Shown: in pieces, positions 63,661 to 64,000 of the stretch
How positions within the stretch are numbered: the stretch's first letter is position 1
Layout of the letters: every line of letters begins with the position of its first letter
Assembly (NCBI GenBank): GCA_030390025.1
Contig: CM059431.1
Span: 100,938,001 to 101,002,000, forward strand
Length of the DNA stretch: 64,000 bases
Source: Squalus acanthias
Taxonomy: Eukaryota
Reading direction: 5' to 3'
The notes under the pieces: generated by a model
What the model saw: the letters and a program-made list of their open reading frames with translations, nothing else
Databases searched by the model: none
What the model was told of the DNA's origin: nothing
Made by a program: the position numbers and the translations under genes

Positions 63661-64000
63661 ATGACAACAGAGAGGGTCATAGACATAGGTAGCAGTAGGG
63701 GAATCACAAATCAGAGCGTGGCAGGAAGGGACAGAGTGTGTGGAGTAAAAGGTAAACTGGTAAAAAGTGAAAAAGCAGGAACTAAGTGCCACAAAGCATA
63801 TTTGAAAGTTCTCTATCTGAATGCACGTAGCATTCGTAACAAAATAGACGAGTTAATGGCACAAATAACTACATATGGTTATGATATTGTGGCCATTACA
63901 GAAACATGGCTGCAGGGTGACAATGCCTGGGAATTAAACATACCAGGTTATTTAACGATCAGGAAGGACAGGCAGGAAGGAAGGGGAGGTGGGGTGGCTA
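63661..64000 (+). CDS. CR1 LINE ORF2p N-terminus (APE endonuclease), runs off the window
   Basis: Open from ATG 63661: ...LKVLYLNARSIRNKIDEL...YDIVAITETWL...IPGY...RKDRQEGRGGGVA. Confidence 0.9.
   Translation, partial: MTTERVIDIGSSRGITNQSVAGRDRVCGVKGKLVKSEKAGTKCHKAYLKVLYLNARSIRNKIDELMAQITTYGYDIVAITETWLQGDNAWELNIPGYLTIRKDRQEGRGGGVA

Overview
Repeat-dominated vertebrate DNA, most likely a large intron or gene desert of a cartilaginous fish (inferred from the SINE/LINE repertoire). No host protein-coding gene can be supported, and nearly all listed ORFs are transposon fragments or spurious. Contents: about 20 copies of a tRNA-headed Deu-domain SINE, many L2 and CR1 LINE fragments, a third CR1/L2-group LINE with its partner SINE, and an older tRNA-derived SINE. 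There are also two Penelope-like families carrying minimal hammerhead-ribozyme motifs, PIF/Harbinger-like and hAT-like non-autonomous elements, and the apparently intact 5' end of a CR1 at the right edge (76-bp tandem 5'UTR units, zinc-finger/esterase ORF1, open ORF2 start). AT-rich unique islands rich in homeodomain motifs look like candidate enhancers. The most unusual observations are two local copy events in which a retroelement was duplicated together with its flank (L2 21833<->54304; CR1 tail plus unique DNA 13333-14008<->31024-31552, inverted), a 2.2-kb fold-back Penelope insertion with a hammerhead on each arm, and a SINE-head/LINE-body chimera. Family names come from motif recognition only, and most repeat boundaries are approximate.
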